Below are positions 1 to 7,031 of a stretch of 37,464 nucleotides of DNA, one piece after another. The first letter of the stretch is position 1, and every line of letters starts with the position of its first letter. A model generated the notes under the pieces. The model was not told the origin of the DNA and ran no database searches. It saw only the letters and a list, made by a program, of their open reading frames with translations. The position numbers and the translations under genes are program-made. Origin of the DNA: a virus (taxonomy: Duplodnaviria; Caudoviricetes); the IMG/VR virus record IMGVR_UViG_3300037851_000662, positions 1 through 37,464 of that record. One strand, given 5' to 3'.

Positions 1-2
1 TT

Positions 3-182
3 TGCCAGGCGGTGGCCGATTCCGGCAGCGTCAGCATCATCGGCGGCGGCGACAGCGTGAGCGCGGTCAACAATTCCGGCCTGGCCGACAAGATGACTCA
101 TATCAGCACCGGCGGCGGCGCCAGCCTTGAGTTCCTCGAAGGCAAGCAGCTTCCCGGCGTGACGGCGCTGACCGACAAATAA
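3..182 (+). CDS. pgk: Phosphoglycerate kinase, C-terminal fragment (host)
   Basis: Frame from nt 3 reads ...[12 protein letters not shown]...[30 protein letters not shown], the canonical PGK C-terminus; TAA at 180-182. Confidence 0.97.
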   Translation, partial: CQAVADSGSVSIIGGGDSVSAVNNSGLADKMTHISTGGGASLEFLEGKQLPGVTALTDK

Positions 183-200
183 TCAGAGATTCGTTTCTGA

Positions 201-242
201 AAGAAGAAAGCCTCCGGTTTGTGCCGGAGGCTTTCTGTTTTT
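201..242. terminator. Intrinsic terminator, probably bidirectional (pgk and, before insertion, pilT)
   Basis: 13-bp stem AGAAAGCCTCCGG (205-217) / CCGGAGGCTTTCT (224-236), A-rich 5' side, T-rich 3' side. Confidence 0.85.
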
Positions 243-258
243 CCAATGGTTGGAAAAA
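238..258. repeat. Host palindrome TTTTTCCAA-TGG-TTGGAAAAA (TTCCA-N5-TGGAA family)
   Basis: Perfect inverted repeat; the adjacent second copy is split by the prophage. Confidence 0.8.
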
Positions 259-264
259 GTGTTT

Positions 265-269
265 CCAGG
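265..269. repeat. Target-site duplication CCAGG (left copy)
   Basis: CCAGG immediately precedes TG at 270; identical CCAGG follows CA at 35102-35106. Confidence 0.92.
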
Positions 270-320
270 TGTAAAAAGACGGTTAAAATTTGAGTAAAAG
301 ACGGTTGAATTTAGAGTAAC
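270..320. repeat. Prophage end (Mu attR equivalent): tandem transposase-binding sites
   Basis: AAAAGACGGTTAAAATTTGAGTAA followed by AAAAGACGGTTGAATTTAGAGTAA; matches the reverse complement of 35074-35101 and 34965-34978. Confidence 0.85.
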
Positions 321-333
321 CGCGCCCCGGAGG

Positions 334-1095
334 TCAGAAGTTGTAAACAAGAACCTCGGCGGCCTCTTTTCCGCCCCCCGTCGCGGACGCTGAATACAGG
401 GTTTTAACCGCTTTAATTTTAAAGCCTGCAAAAATATCCCGAACCTCCGGAACGTCGTTTAAAGAGAGGATAAACGCCCCTTTAATACCACTTAAAAGCT
501 GGGCCATTTCGACGAACTGCGCACGATTCCAGACCGCCGCGTAGTCTTTTTCGAACCCGTAGTAGGGCGGATCAATGTAAAACAATGCCCCCGGCGTGTC
601 GTGCCGACGGATGCATTCCAAAGCTTCCATGCGCTCGATGACGACCCGTTCCATTCTCCAGTGAACTTCAAGTATGCCTTCCTCGAGCGTGTTCAGGTTG
701 AGTGACGGTGGGCGCGTTTTATGGGCCGGCATGACACGGCCAACGGTTTTGCCCCCGAACCCGGTTCGTTGGAGGTAGTAAAACCGAACTGCGCGCTGAA
801 TGTCTGTCAGCGTGGTCGGGTCGGTGCGGTTCAGGGTATCAAATATCTCGCGCGATATCACGCAGTGCTTAAAGTGCCGGATGAACTCCTCGAAGTGGTT
901 CTGCACCACCCGCCAAAATGTCACCAAATCAAGGTTCATGTCATTAATGACCTCTACTTTTGATGGCTCTTTTTCAAAGAACACCCACGCCGCGCCACAA
1001 AATGGCTCCACATAGGTCTGATGCTCAGGGAACATCGCAACAATCTGCTTTGCCAGGCGACTTTTCCCTCCGAGGTAACTGATCGGGCTTTTCAT
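334..1095 (-). CDS. D12-class N6-adenine DNA methyltransferase (at the Mu mom position)
   Basis: YLGGKSRLA, YVEPFCGAAWVF (motif I), EVIND, FYIDPPY (motif IV); RBS CAGGAG. Confidence 0.93.
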   Translation of the reverse strand: MKSPISYLGGKSRLAKQIVAMFPEHQTYVEPFCGAAWVFFEKEPSKVEVINDMNLDLVTFWRVVQNHFEEFIRHFKHCVISREIFDTLNRTDPTTLTDIQRAVRFYYLQRTGFGGKTVGRVMPAHKTRPPSLNLNTLEEGILEVHWRMERVVIERMEALECIRRHDTPGALFYIDPPYYGFEKDYAAVWNRAQFVEMAQLLSGIKGAFILSLNDVPEVRDIFAGFKIKAVKTLYSASATGGGKEAAEVLVYNF

Positions 1096-1135
1096 TCTGC
1101 ACTCCTGTTTGATACCGTCCCGCCGTTCTGTGTAT

Positions 1136-1219
1136 GGCTGGCGGGCAGCGGTTTATCCGTGGCCATGTGAGAGTGGCCATTCAAGGGAGTGCGAATCCCG
1201 GCGACTGTCCGTCAGTCGC
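1136..1219 (+). ncRNA. Candidate cloverleaf RNA in the methylase leader
   Basis: 13-bp closing stem 1136-1148/1205-1217 with three G-U pairs on +, enclosing three hairpins; extended -10-like TGATACCGT at 1110-1118. Confidence 0.55.
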
Positions 1220-1786
1220 TTAATATCCAACAGCCTGCCAAGCAATGTCTCCGCTGATGGCCTGCGTAACCGTAAATCCGGAAAACGAATAACCATCTGC
1301 GCCTGCCCCGCCGTCTGACCCGCTATTCCTAAACGGTTTTTGGGTCACGACGACATTGAGACAGGCGTTTGGAAAATTGGTAGGAAACGTGACAGTTGTG
1401 GCTCCTCCGCAATATGCCACTCCCCACTGAAAAATCAGTCCTCCCGGCATTACGTAGTATCCGTTCGTCGCGATAAGGAGGCTGCCGTCCGGGTTCACAT
1501 ACCCCTTCAGGTCGGCGGGGGTAATGACAGAATCTGTTCCAGTTCCAACGGCAACTTCCGCCGGCGTTGAAAAGCGAACGGTTCCGACCGTTCCTGTCGT
1601 TGCCGTGGCGGGGATTAATTCATCCAGATCTTCCAGGACACCCTGCACATTTGTGCTGGATGAGTGGCCGAGCGACGCCGGGGCAACCGACACCTGTTTT
1701 GCCGGGGTCGTCGGCAGCGCGGCCGCGCTGAACGCCAATGCAAAAATCAGTGCGATAAGGGTGAGTAACCGATGTTTAATAAGCAT
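1220..1786 (-). CDS. Tail-fibre tip (gp53-like) domain protein with N-terminal signal peptide
   Basis: C-terminus NGYYVMPGGLIFQWG...VTFPTNFPNACLNV...WQAVGY; fibre motif ATTGTVGTVRFSTPAEVAVGT...ITPADL; N-terminus KHR + hydrophobic core + AAA. Confidence 0.75.
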   Translation of the reverse strand: MLIKHRLLTLIALIFALAFSAAALPTTPAKQVSVAPASLGHSSSTNVQGVLEDLDELIPATATTGTVGTVRFSTPAEVAVGTGTDSVITPADLKGYVNPDGSLLIATNGYYVMPGGLIFQWGVAYCGGATTVTFPTNFPNACLNVVVTQKPFRNSGSDGGAGADGYSFSGFTVTQAISGDIAWQAVGY

Positions 1787-1803
1787 GAGTTTTCCTTTCC
1801 TTT

Positions 1804-2154
1804 TTAAATGCCGCGATAGAAAACGCGGACGTCATCTTCCGCTGTAATGGCCGGCGTAAATGTGATTGTTTTTCCGGCGATGTTGTAATCGCTCCCTTGC
1901 ACTGCGAGCAGGCGGCCGATGAACACCTGGACGCTCGCGTCAGAAACCGGAGTATATGCCAGCACGGCGGTGTTGGTTGATCCGGTTTTGTTTTCGACAT
2001 AGTCCGCGCCGAGCCTGTTTTTGAGCCACAGGGTGCGGTTCGCCAGCTGCTGCGCCTGGCGGTTGGATACCCCGTTAGGTCCGCCCTGGACCGGATCGTC
2101 CTCTTCAATCTGATAAACGTTGTCAAATGAATCCGCTGGTACAATATTTGCCAT
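1804..2154 (-). CDS. Tail-fibre baseplate-anchoring protein (short)
   Basis: VYQIEEDDPVQGGPNGVSNRQAQQLANRTLWLK is the typical N-terminus of fibres that follow P2 gpI; ends after a small beta domain. Confidence 0.75.
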   Translation of the reverse strand: MANIVPADSFDNVYQIEEDDPVQGGPNGVSNRQAQQLANRTLWLKNRLGADYVENKTGSTNTAVLAYTPVSDASVQVFIGRLLAVQGSDYNIAGKTITFTPAITAEDDVRVFYRGI

Positions 2155-2768
2155 TATGCTGCCTCCGTATAGGTGGGTTGATAGGTCCTCGTGCCGTCAT
2201 AGAGGAATGCGGCGTTGTGCCGGAAGAAAAGCTTCTGATATCCAACAGACACCAGCACGCACCGCGCCGGAGCGGTGCGGACCAACAGGTTGATCAAATA
2301 ATCAGAAGGAATCGGGTCTGAGTTTTCAATCGTAATCGACCAGAGCGCCCAATTATTTGACGACCCATACGAGATCGATCCGTCATGATTCACCGCTCCG
2401 GAATACCGCGAGATGTCCGCCCCGATGGTAATGGTCGATGATCCATATCCGGCCGCTGCAAGAACCGCCTTAATTGACGCCATCGTCCCCTTGCTCCGAT
2501 GGACTGCGATTGAGGCTTTAATGATCGCCCGCTTTTCGGTTGCGGTCGCCCCCGCGGGCCACTCGCCAACCGATGCGGCCCATGCCAAAAACGGCAGCAC
2601 GGATTCCGGGCAGGTATCCGGGTCCGTCACATCAATCAGTGCCTGCAGATCCAGATTAAAGGCCCGGCTTGCGGCGATATCAATTGCATACGAACCTCTC
2701 GGCGAACGGCCCGAGTCCGGGAGCGGCGCTCCGGGGAGAAGGGATCTGTCAGCAAGCCCGATCATCAC
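2154..2768 (-). CDS. P2 gpI-like tail/baseplate protein
   Basis: SLLP...DPDTCPESVLPFLAWAASV..W...KRAIIKASIAVHRSKGT. Confidence 0.9.
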   Translation of the reverse strand: MMIGLADRSLLPGAPLPDSGRSPRGSYAIDIAASRAFNLDLQALIDVTDPDTCPESVLPFLAWAASVGEWPAGATATEKRAIIKASIAVHRSKGTMASIKAVLAAAGYGSSTITIGADISRYSGAVNHDGSISYGSSNNWALWSITIENSDPIPSDYLINLLVRTAPARCVLVSVGYQKLFFRHNAAFLYDGTRTYQPTYTEAA

Positions 2769-3826
2769 TCATCCCTCCCTGAAACCGAAACCTGAACCGA
2801 CGTGCAGAAGGCGGCCTGTCCGGAAGACACCTCGATTCGCGCGGCGGGAGAGATCAGGATGACCTCCTGAACGCCCGCCACATGAAGGGCCGCCAAAAGC
2901 CCGCTCAGCGTGATGTCGTGCCCGCAGGCGTGGTGCTCCTCCACATAAGCCAGCGCGGCGGCCGTCGCGGCGGCGCGGACCGTCTCCTCGTCTACTCCAT
3001 AACAAAGCGTCAGCCTGGCCTCAACCGTATACTCGATAATCTCGGCGCTTATCACCTCGGCCTTATCACAAAGCGGAATCTTTGTTTCGGGGTCCAGCGC
3101 ATCCTTAACAAACGGCAGAATCCCGGCCCGCTCCCCGTTAAGCAAAGCGCCGGTCAGCGCGCCCGTCAGCTCGGTTGAGCCGGCCTCAAAATCATCATCC
3201 AGCGTAAAAACAGCCCCGCCCTCGAACGTCAGCTGCTGGCCGCTGGACAGCGCGGAAAGCACGTCGGTCACCGTAATGGAAACGGCCCCGTCCGCGTATC
3301 CATCCGGGTTGTCTACCCGCGCACCGAAACACGCGCCATTTCCGGTCTTGGAAAGCACGGCGACATTCACGCGGCCGCCGATGCCCGGATTAAAAACAGA
3401 CACGCCCTTTATATTGCTATGTGCCGAGAGCGCATGAAATTTATACGCCCCGGCCGGACCGGCCACTGAATAAGCCTCCGGCGACAACTGGCAGCGCGCC
3501 CTGAACGCCGCATCGGTCTCGCCGGAAAGCCGCGCCAGCGGAACAGCCAGCGATGCGGCCACGTGATCCAGATCTGTCCCTGTCGCGAACGCCAGAAGGC
3601 GCGCCTTAAACTTGTCGTTTGCCTCCGCTCGAATGCCAACTTCCCGATAGGCTGCCACCAGAAGGATCTGATAGGCGGGATCGGACGGGACCAGCGCATT
3701 AAACGCCGGATCAAGCTGCTGCAGCTTCGCCAGCATCTCCTGGAAAATTTTCTCGGCCGAAAGCACCTCGACCGCCCGCGGGGCGGCCAGCTTGCTCAGA
3801 TCGATGGGTGTAAAAACCTGACTCAC
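2765..3826 (-). CDS. Baseplate J (P2 gpJ/gp47 family) with internal insertion
   Basis: IDLSKLAAPRAVE, LAFATGTDLDH, ETDAAFRAR, YSVAGPAGAYKFHALSA, ALHVAGVQEV. Confidence 0.93.
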   Translation of the reverse strand: MSQVFTPIDLSKLAAPRAVEVLSAEKIFQEMLAKLQQLDPAFNALVPSDPAYQILLVAAYREVGIRAEANDKFKARLLAFATGTDLDHVAASLAVPLARLSGETDAAFRARCQLSPEAYSVAGPAGAYKFHALSAHSNIKGVSVFNPGIGGRVNVAVLSKTGNGACFGARVDNPDGYADGAVSITVTDVLSALSSGQQLTFEGGAVFTLDDDFEAGSTELTGALTGALLNGERAGILPFVKDALDPETKIPLCDKAEVISAEIIEYTVEARLTLCYGVDEETVRAAATAAALAYVEEHHACGHDITLSGLLAALHVAGVQEVILISPAARIEVSSGQAAFCTSVQVSVSGRDE

Positions 3827-4176
3827 GATATTTGAATTCCTTGCAAAACAACCGGCTCACCGGTCGGCATGTAATATCCTTCCAGAGTGATCGAGACGCT
3901 CCCGCCCTGAACCTGTTCAGAGTTTGATGCATCAAACAGCACGCGGGTTGTTTTCAGCTCCGGCTCCCAGCGGTTCAGAACCCCGGCGGTGGCCGCCACG
4001 AACCGGGCGCGCACGGAAGCATTTATTGGCGCATCGATCAGGCGGAACAATTCACTCCCGTACTCCCGACGGAGAACAAGCGCGGCCGGCGCGGTGCGCA
4101 GAATGTTCTCCACGCGCTGGCGGAGGTGCTCCAGCCCGCTCAGCGGCTTCCCCGTGTCTTTATGCATTCCGTTCAT
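3823..4176 (-). CDS. Baseplate wedge gpW/gp25 family
   Basis: GMHKDTGKPLSGLEHLRQRVENIL...RREYGSEL..LIDAP...RWEPEL. Confidence 0.92.
   Translation of the reverse strand: MNGMHKDTGKPLSGLEHLRQRVENILRTAPAALVLRREYGSELFRLIDAPINASVRARFVAATAGVLNRWEPELKTTRVLFDASNSEQVQGGSVSITLEGYYMPTGEPVVLQGIQIS
3904..3921 (-). promoter_or_regulatory. Late-activator box copy inside gpW, upstream of gpJ
   Basis: CTGAAC-CT-GTTCAG at 3907-3920 with the same flank as the other three copies. Confidence 0.5.
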
Positions 4177-4210
4177 GGTTTAGATATTGGTTATTCGTTA
4201 TTGGTTATCG
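4174..4210. repeat. Heptamer array (GTTATTG family) upstream of gpW
   Basis: GATATTG GTTATTC GTTATTG GTTATCG; 31/33 identical to 6098-6130. Confidence 0.8.
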
Positions 4211-4240
4211 GTCGTAACAACGCAAAAGAAGATTCCGTCA

Positions 4241-4501
4241 TCACCCGGCCTCCGCGTCAACGGCATACTTAACGGGCAGAATATTCCAAAACTCCTCCTC
4301 GGATGTCACCAGGTGGAACTCCCCGCGCTTCGTGCCATGCAGCCACTTAATCCCGACGCCTTGTGCGCCGCCGTCATAACCGGATCGGCCCGCGAACTCC
4401 ACGGACGTCACCCGAAACCCGGCTCCGGGATACATCGGGCCGAAGCCATACACATTCCCGACCGCCAGCGGCTTCCGTTTGATTTTCTCCTGCACGCTCA
4501 T
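4241..4501 (-). CDS. Hypothetical protein
   Basis: ATGA overlap with the upstream gene; fills a gap in the tail operon. Confidence 0.6.
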   Translation of the reverse strand: MSVQEKIKRKPLAVGNVYGFGPMYPGAGFRVTSVEFAGRSGYDGGAQGVGIKWLHGTKRGEFHLVTSEEEFWNILPVKYAVDAEAG

Positions 4502-4995
4502 GCGGTCACCATCACCAGATAAACAATCAGGCCCTGCGCCGCTCCGTAATAAACTTCAGCCTGCTCCCAGGCGCTGCCGAAAAACTTAAAGCCTGGGCGA
4601 ACCGGATGCTGTCCGGCCTGCGTTACACAAAACGGGAAAGCCATCGCGATCAAGTGCAATCCGGAAACCAGAGCAAAGGCATCGCACCCGCATAGATGGA
4701 GCACAAGGAACACCGGAGCCCACAGCCAAATCCCGCGCACATAAAGACCATAAAAAAACAGATCATCGTTGGCATCTTTCAATATGCCGCCGATCAGATG
4801 ACCCCAGCTCCAGCATTCGCCAAGCACATACGCCGGGAAAAGAGCCGCCGCCCACCAGCTGTGCGTCATCAGTCCCGCCACGGCCGCCAGCACAAGGCCG
4901 ATCACCTTGGCAAAAATTCCCTTCGTTCCGCGCGCCCGGTTGAGCACCGCGCCGGCGACGATCGCAACCGGAATAAACAGCAGTTTAATCATCAT
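4498..4995 (-). CDS. Hypothetical multi-pass membrane protein
   Basis: GGAGG RBS, several hydrophobic segments. Confidence 0.7.
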   Translation of the reverse strand: MMIKLLFIPVAIVAGAVLNRARGTKGIFAKVIGLVLAAVAGLMTHSWWAAALFPAYVLGECWSWGHLIGGILKDANDDLFFYGLYVRGIWLWAPVFLVLHLCGCDAFALVSGLHLIAMAFPFCVTQAGQHPVRPGFKFFGSAWEQAEVYYGAAQGLIVYLVMVTA

Positions 4996-5008
4996 CAGAG
5001 CACCTCCA

Positions 5009-5047
5009 TTTCAGATTTCCAGTTCCAACTTTCAGGTTTCAGGTTTC
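5009..5047. repeat. Heptamer array (TTTCARG family) containing the gpD stop
   Basis: TTTCAGA TTTCCAG TTCCAAC TTTCAGG TTTCAGG. Confidence 0.85.
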
Positions 5048-6100
5048 TTTCGCGCTTTCACACTCCAGCGCGGTTCGGTATCCGCTTCCATCGATCGTGT
5101 GCACCGCCCGGTTAATCAGCCAGTCACCGGCCAGATCGCTCCCCAGCTCATCGCCGACAACCAGCACGCCCTCCGCCGCCAGAATCGGTTCCCCCTCACA
5201 ATTAAACGTCGGTTGCGACGCACCGCGCCCGATACGGCGCAGCTCGGCCGCTGCCGCCGAGGCCGCCTCCTCCGGGGTCGGATAATTCCCGCGCAGTTCT
5301 TTTTGCGGCTCGCCTTCGCCGGCCGTAATCTTCTTCCGCTCGGCCGCCGAAACATCGTGGTAATACGCCGCCACGCTGAGGTAGTCTTCCCGCTCCGCCA
5401 CCGTAATCCGGTAGCTGTTGTCCTCCCCCGACAAAACCGCCCACGGCCCGGCCCCCGACCGCCTTACCAGCCCGGTATCCAGATAGACTCTCGGCACATC
5501 CACTCCGGAGATGGTTTTCCCCTTTGCCCTCTTCGCAAAAATCAGCTTGCCGCCCGCGGGCTTAAACACCGCGTCCCGCTCCTTCGCAAGGCGGCGGAGG
5601 AAATTGGCGTTCCCTTCATTCGTCTGATCGACGTGCCCGATCACCTCGCCGGCCAGATCCGGATCCACGCGCGGATCGAGGCCGCAGTCGGCGGCGACAT
5701 CAAAAACGATTGTTTCCAAGGTTTGGAAATCCCAGGAGCGCGTCCGCTGCGCCTTCATGGCCGTCTCCATTCCGGAGACAGTCGCCGACTTGTTTTTCCC
5801 GCTCCCCATCCAGGCGCTCTTTGCCCGGATCGTAATCTGGTGCGGAAGTCCGGACCGGTCATACTCATCAACCACAAACAACCCCATCTTCCGGAGGCCG
5901 GTCTCAATGTACCCCAGCGACACCTTCAACTCCGCACCGGCCTTGGGCGGAGCAATCTTCAGCCCGCGGTTGTCGATCGTCATCGAAAACGTATCGCTCT
6001 CGAAGCCCGACTCATCAGTCAGGTTCAGCGACACAAGCCGATCGCGGATCAGATCCGTGATCCGCTTGTCATCGGCTAAAATTTCATAGGCCGGGCGCAT
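5039..6100 (-). CDS. P2 gpD-like baseplate hub (late control D)
   Basis: ITDLIRDRLVSLNLTDESGFESD, LGY...MGLFVVDE, HVDQTNE..NFLRRLAKE. Confidence 0.92.
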   Translation of the reverse strand: MRPAYEILADDKRITDLIRDRLVSLNLTDESGFESDTFSMTIDNRGLKIAPPKAGAELKVSLGYIETGLRKMGLFVVDEYDRSGLPHQITIRAKSAWMGSGKNKSATVSGMETAMKAQRTRSWDFQTLETIVFDVAADCGLDPRVDPDLAGEVIGHVDQTNEGNANFLRRLAKERDAVFKPAGGKLIFAKRAKGKTISGVDVPRVYLDTGLVRRSGAGPWAVLSGEDNSYRITVAEREDYLSVAAYYHDVSAAERKKITAGEGEPQKELRGNYPTPEEAASAAAAELRRIGRGASQPTFNCEGEPILAAEGVLVVGDELGSDLAGDWLINRAVHTIDGSGYRTALECESAKET

Positions 6101-6134
6101 GGTTCGGATATTGGTTATTCGTTATTGGTTGTTG
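6098..6134. repeat. Heptamer array (GTTATTG family) upstream of gpD
   Basis: GATATTG GTTATTC GTTATTG GTTGTTG. Confidence 0.8.
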
Positions 6135-6171
6135 GTCTCGGCCGGAAGGACCGCCCCCGCACGACCTTTTT

Positions 6172-6210
6172 TTTCAAACTTCAAGTTTCCGGTTTCAAGT
6201 TTCACGTTTC
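6172..6210. repeat. Heptamer array (TTTCARG family)
   Basis: TTTCAAA CTTCAAG TTTCCGG TTTCAAG TTTCACG. Confidence 0.85.
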
Positions 6211-6214
6211 TCTC

Positions 6215-6439
6215 CTAGTCCCAAAGCCGGATCGTTTCTTTCTCCGCCGGCCGCTGCTCAGGTGTTCCAAAGTCTGGAAGCACAATCGAAACGCCGGCGT
6301 CAAGCACCGGGCCTCGGGCGGCCAGTCCGGGATTGGCGGCCAGCACCGCCTCGGTCACATCGGCTGTGCGGCCGTAGTGCCTGAAACAGACGGCATCCAC
6401 CATGTCGCCGTCTTTCGTTCTGTAGGTTGCCTCAGCCAC
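6215..6439 (-). CDS. P2 gpX-like tail protein
   Basis: YRTKDGDMVDAVCFRHYG...VLAANPGLA..GPVL.AG...LP...IRLWD. Confidence 0.93.
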   Translation of the reverse strand: MAEATYRTKDGDMVDAVCFRHYGRTADVTEAVLAANPGLAARGPVLDAGVSIVLPDFGTPEQRPAEKETIRLWD

Positions 6440-6450
6440 TCAAAAGCCCT

Positions 6451-6485
6451 TTTCCAGCTTCAAGTTTCCGTTTTCAAATTTCACG
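6451..6485. repeat. Heptamer array containing the gpU stop
   Basis: TTTCCAG CTTCAAG TTTCCGT TTTCAAA TTTCACG. Confidence 0.85.
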
Positions 6486-6888
6486 CTGCATCTCCCCCAT
6501 ACACGCTCAAGCGCAGCGTAAACGTCTGTTTGCGAGGAAGGCCGTCGATGTGCGGAAGGCTCTGCGTCTCCTGCACGCTCTCCAGGCACCACATCCCGTG
6601 AACGTTCCCGAAGCTGTCGCACAGCAAAACCGGCTTCCCCTTCGCCATCAGCGCGCGCAGCTTCGTCAGGCTGCCATAACCGCTGCGCTCCGTAATGAGG
6701 GTTCCGGCCAGCTCAATCGAGTCATCATCCGGGCCGAGGCTCTGGCGGCCGGGCAGGCGGCCCAGGCGCGGCTGTTTGGCCCAGCGCCAGGCGCTCGAGC
6801 GCTGGAGCGTCTCATAGGCCGCACCCATCACAGAAAAAATAAACAAATCCGGCTCCTGGCCAAGCGACAACAAAACGGAGTCAGCCAT
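6481..6888 (-). CDS. P2 gpU-like tail protein
   Basis: AAYETLQRSSAWRWAKQPRLGR..Q.LGP..D.IEL.G...G.PRKQTFTLRL. Confidence 0.92.
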   Translation of the reverse strand: MADSVLLSLGQEPDLFIFSVMGAAYETLQRSSAWRWAKQPRLGRLPGRQSLGPDDDSIELAGTLITERSGYGSLTKLRALMAKGKPVLLCDSFGNVHGMWCLESVQETQSLPHIDGLPRKQTFTLRLSVYGGDAA

Positions 6889-6924
6889 TGCTCAGCCCTC
6901 CCGTCGTCCGCGGCATCCGGCAGC

Positions 6925-7030
6925 GCTTAACCCGCAACCGCCAGCCCAAAACCATCAGCCGCAGCCGTCCACGCGCCACGCGCCACGCGCCACCTGCCAC
7001 TTGCCTCCCACCACCCGCCACTCGCCACTT
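6925..7030. repeat. Compound heptamer array (GCCACNY family plus a degenerate 7-periodic block) filling the tape measure-gpU gap
   Basis: GCCACGC GCCACGC GCCACCT GCCACTT GCCTCCC ACCACCC GCCACTC GCCACTT at 6975-7030. Confidence 0.8.
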
Positions 7031-7031
7031 C

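Noticed and set aside
183-431. 82-aa minus ORF across the left junction
   Set aside because: Spans the terminator, target duplication and phage end; not a plausible gene
1136-1217. Element as a true tRNA gene
   Set aside because: Closing stem is 13 bp, arms and anticodon loop are non-canonical, T-loop is GTGCGAA, and there is no CCA; kept only as a tRNA-like RNA
1220-2154. Diversity-generating retroelement or invertible fibre cassette
   Set aside because: No reverse transcriptase, no TR/VR pair differing at adenines, and no invertase or flanking inverted repeats seen
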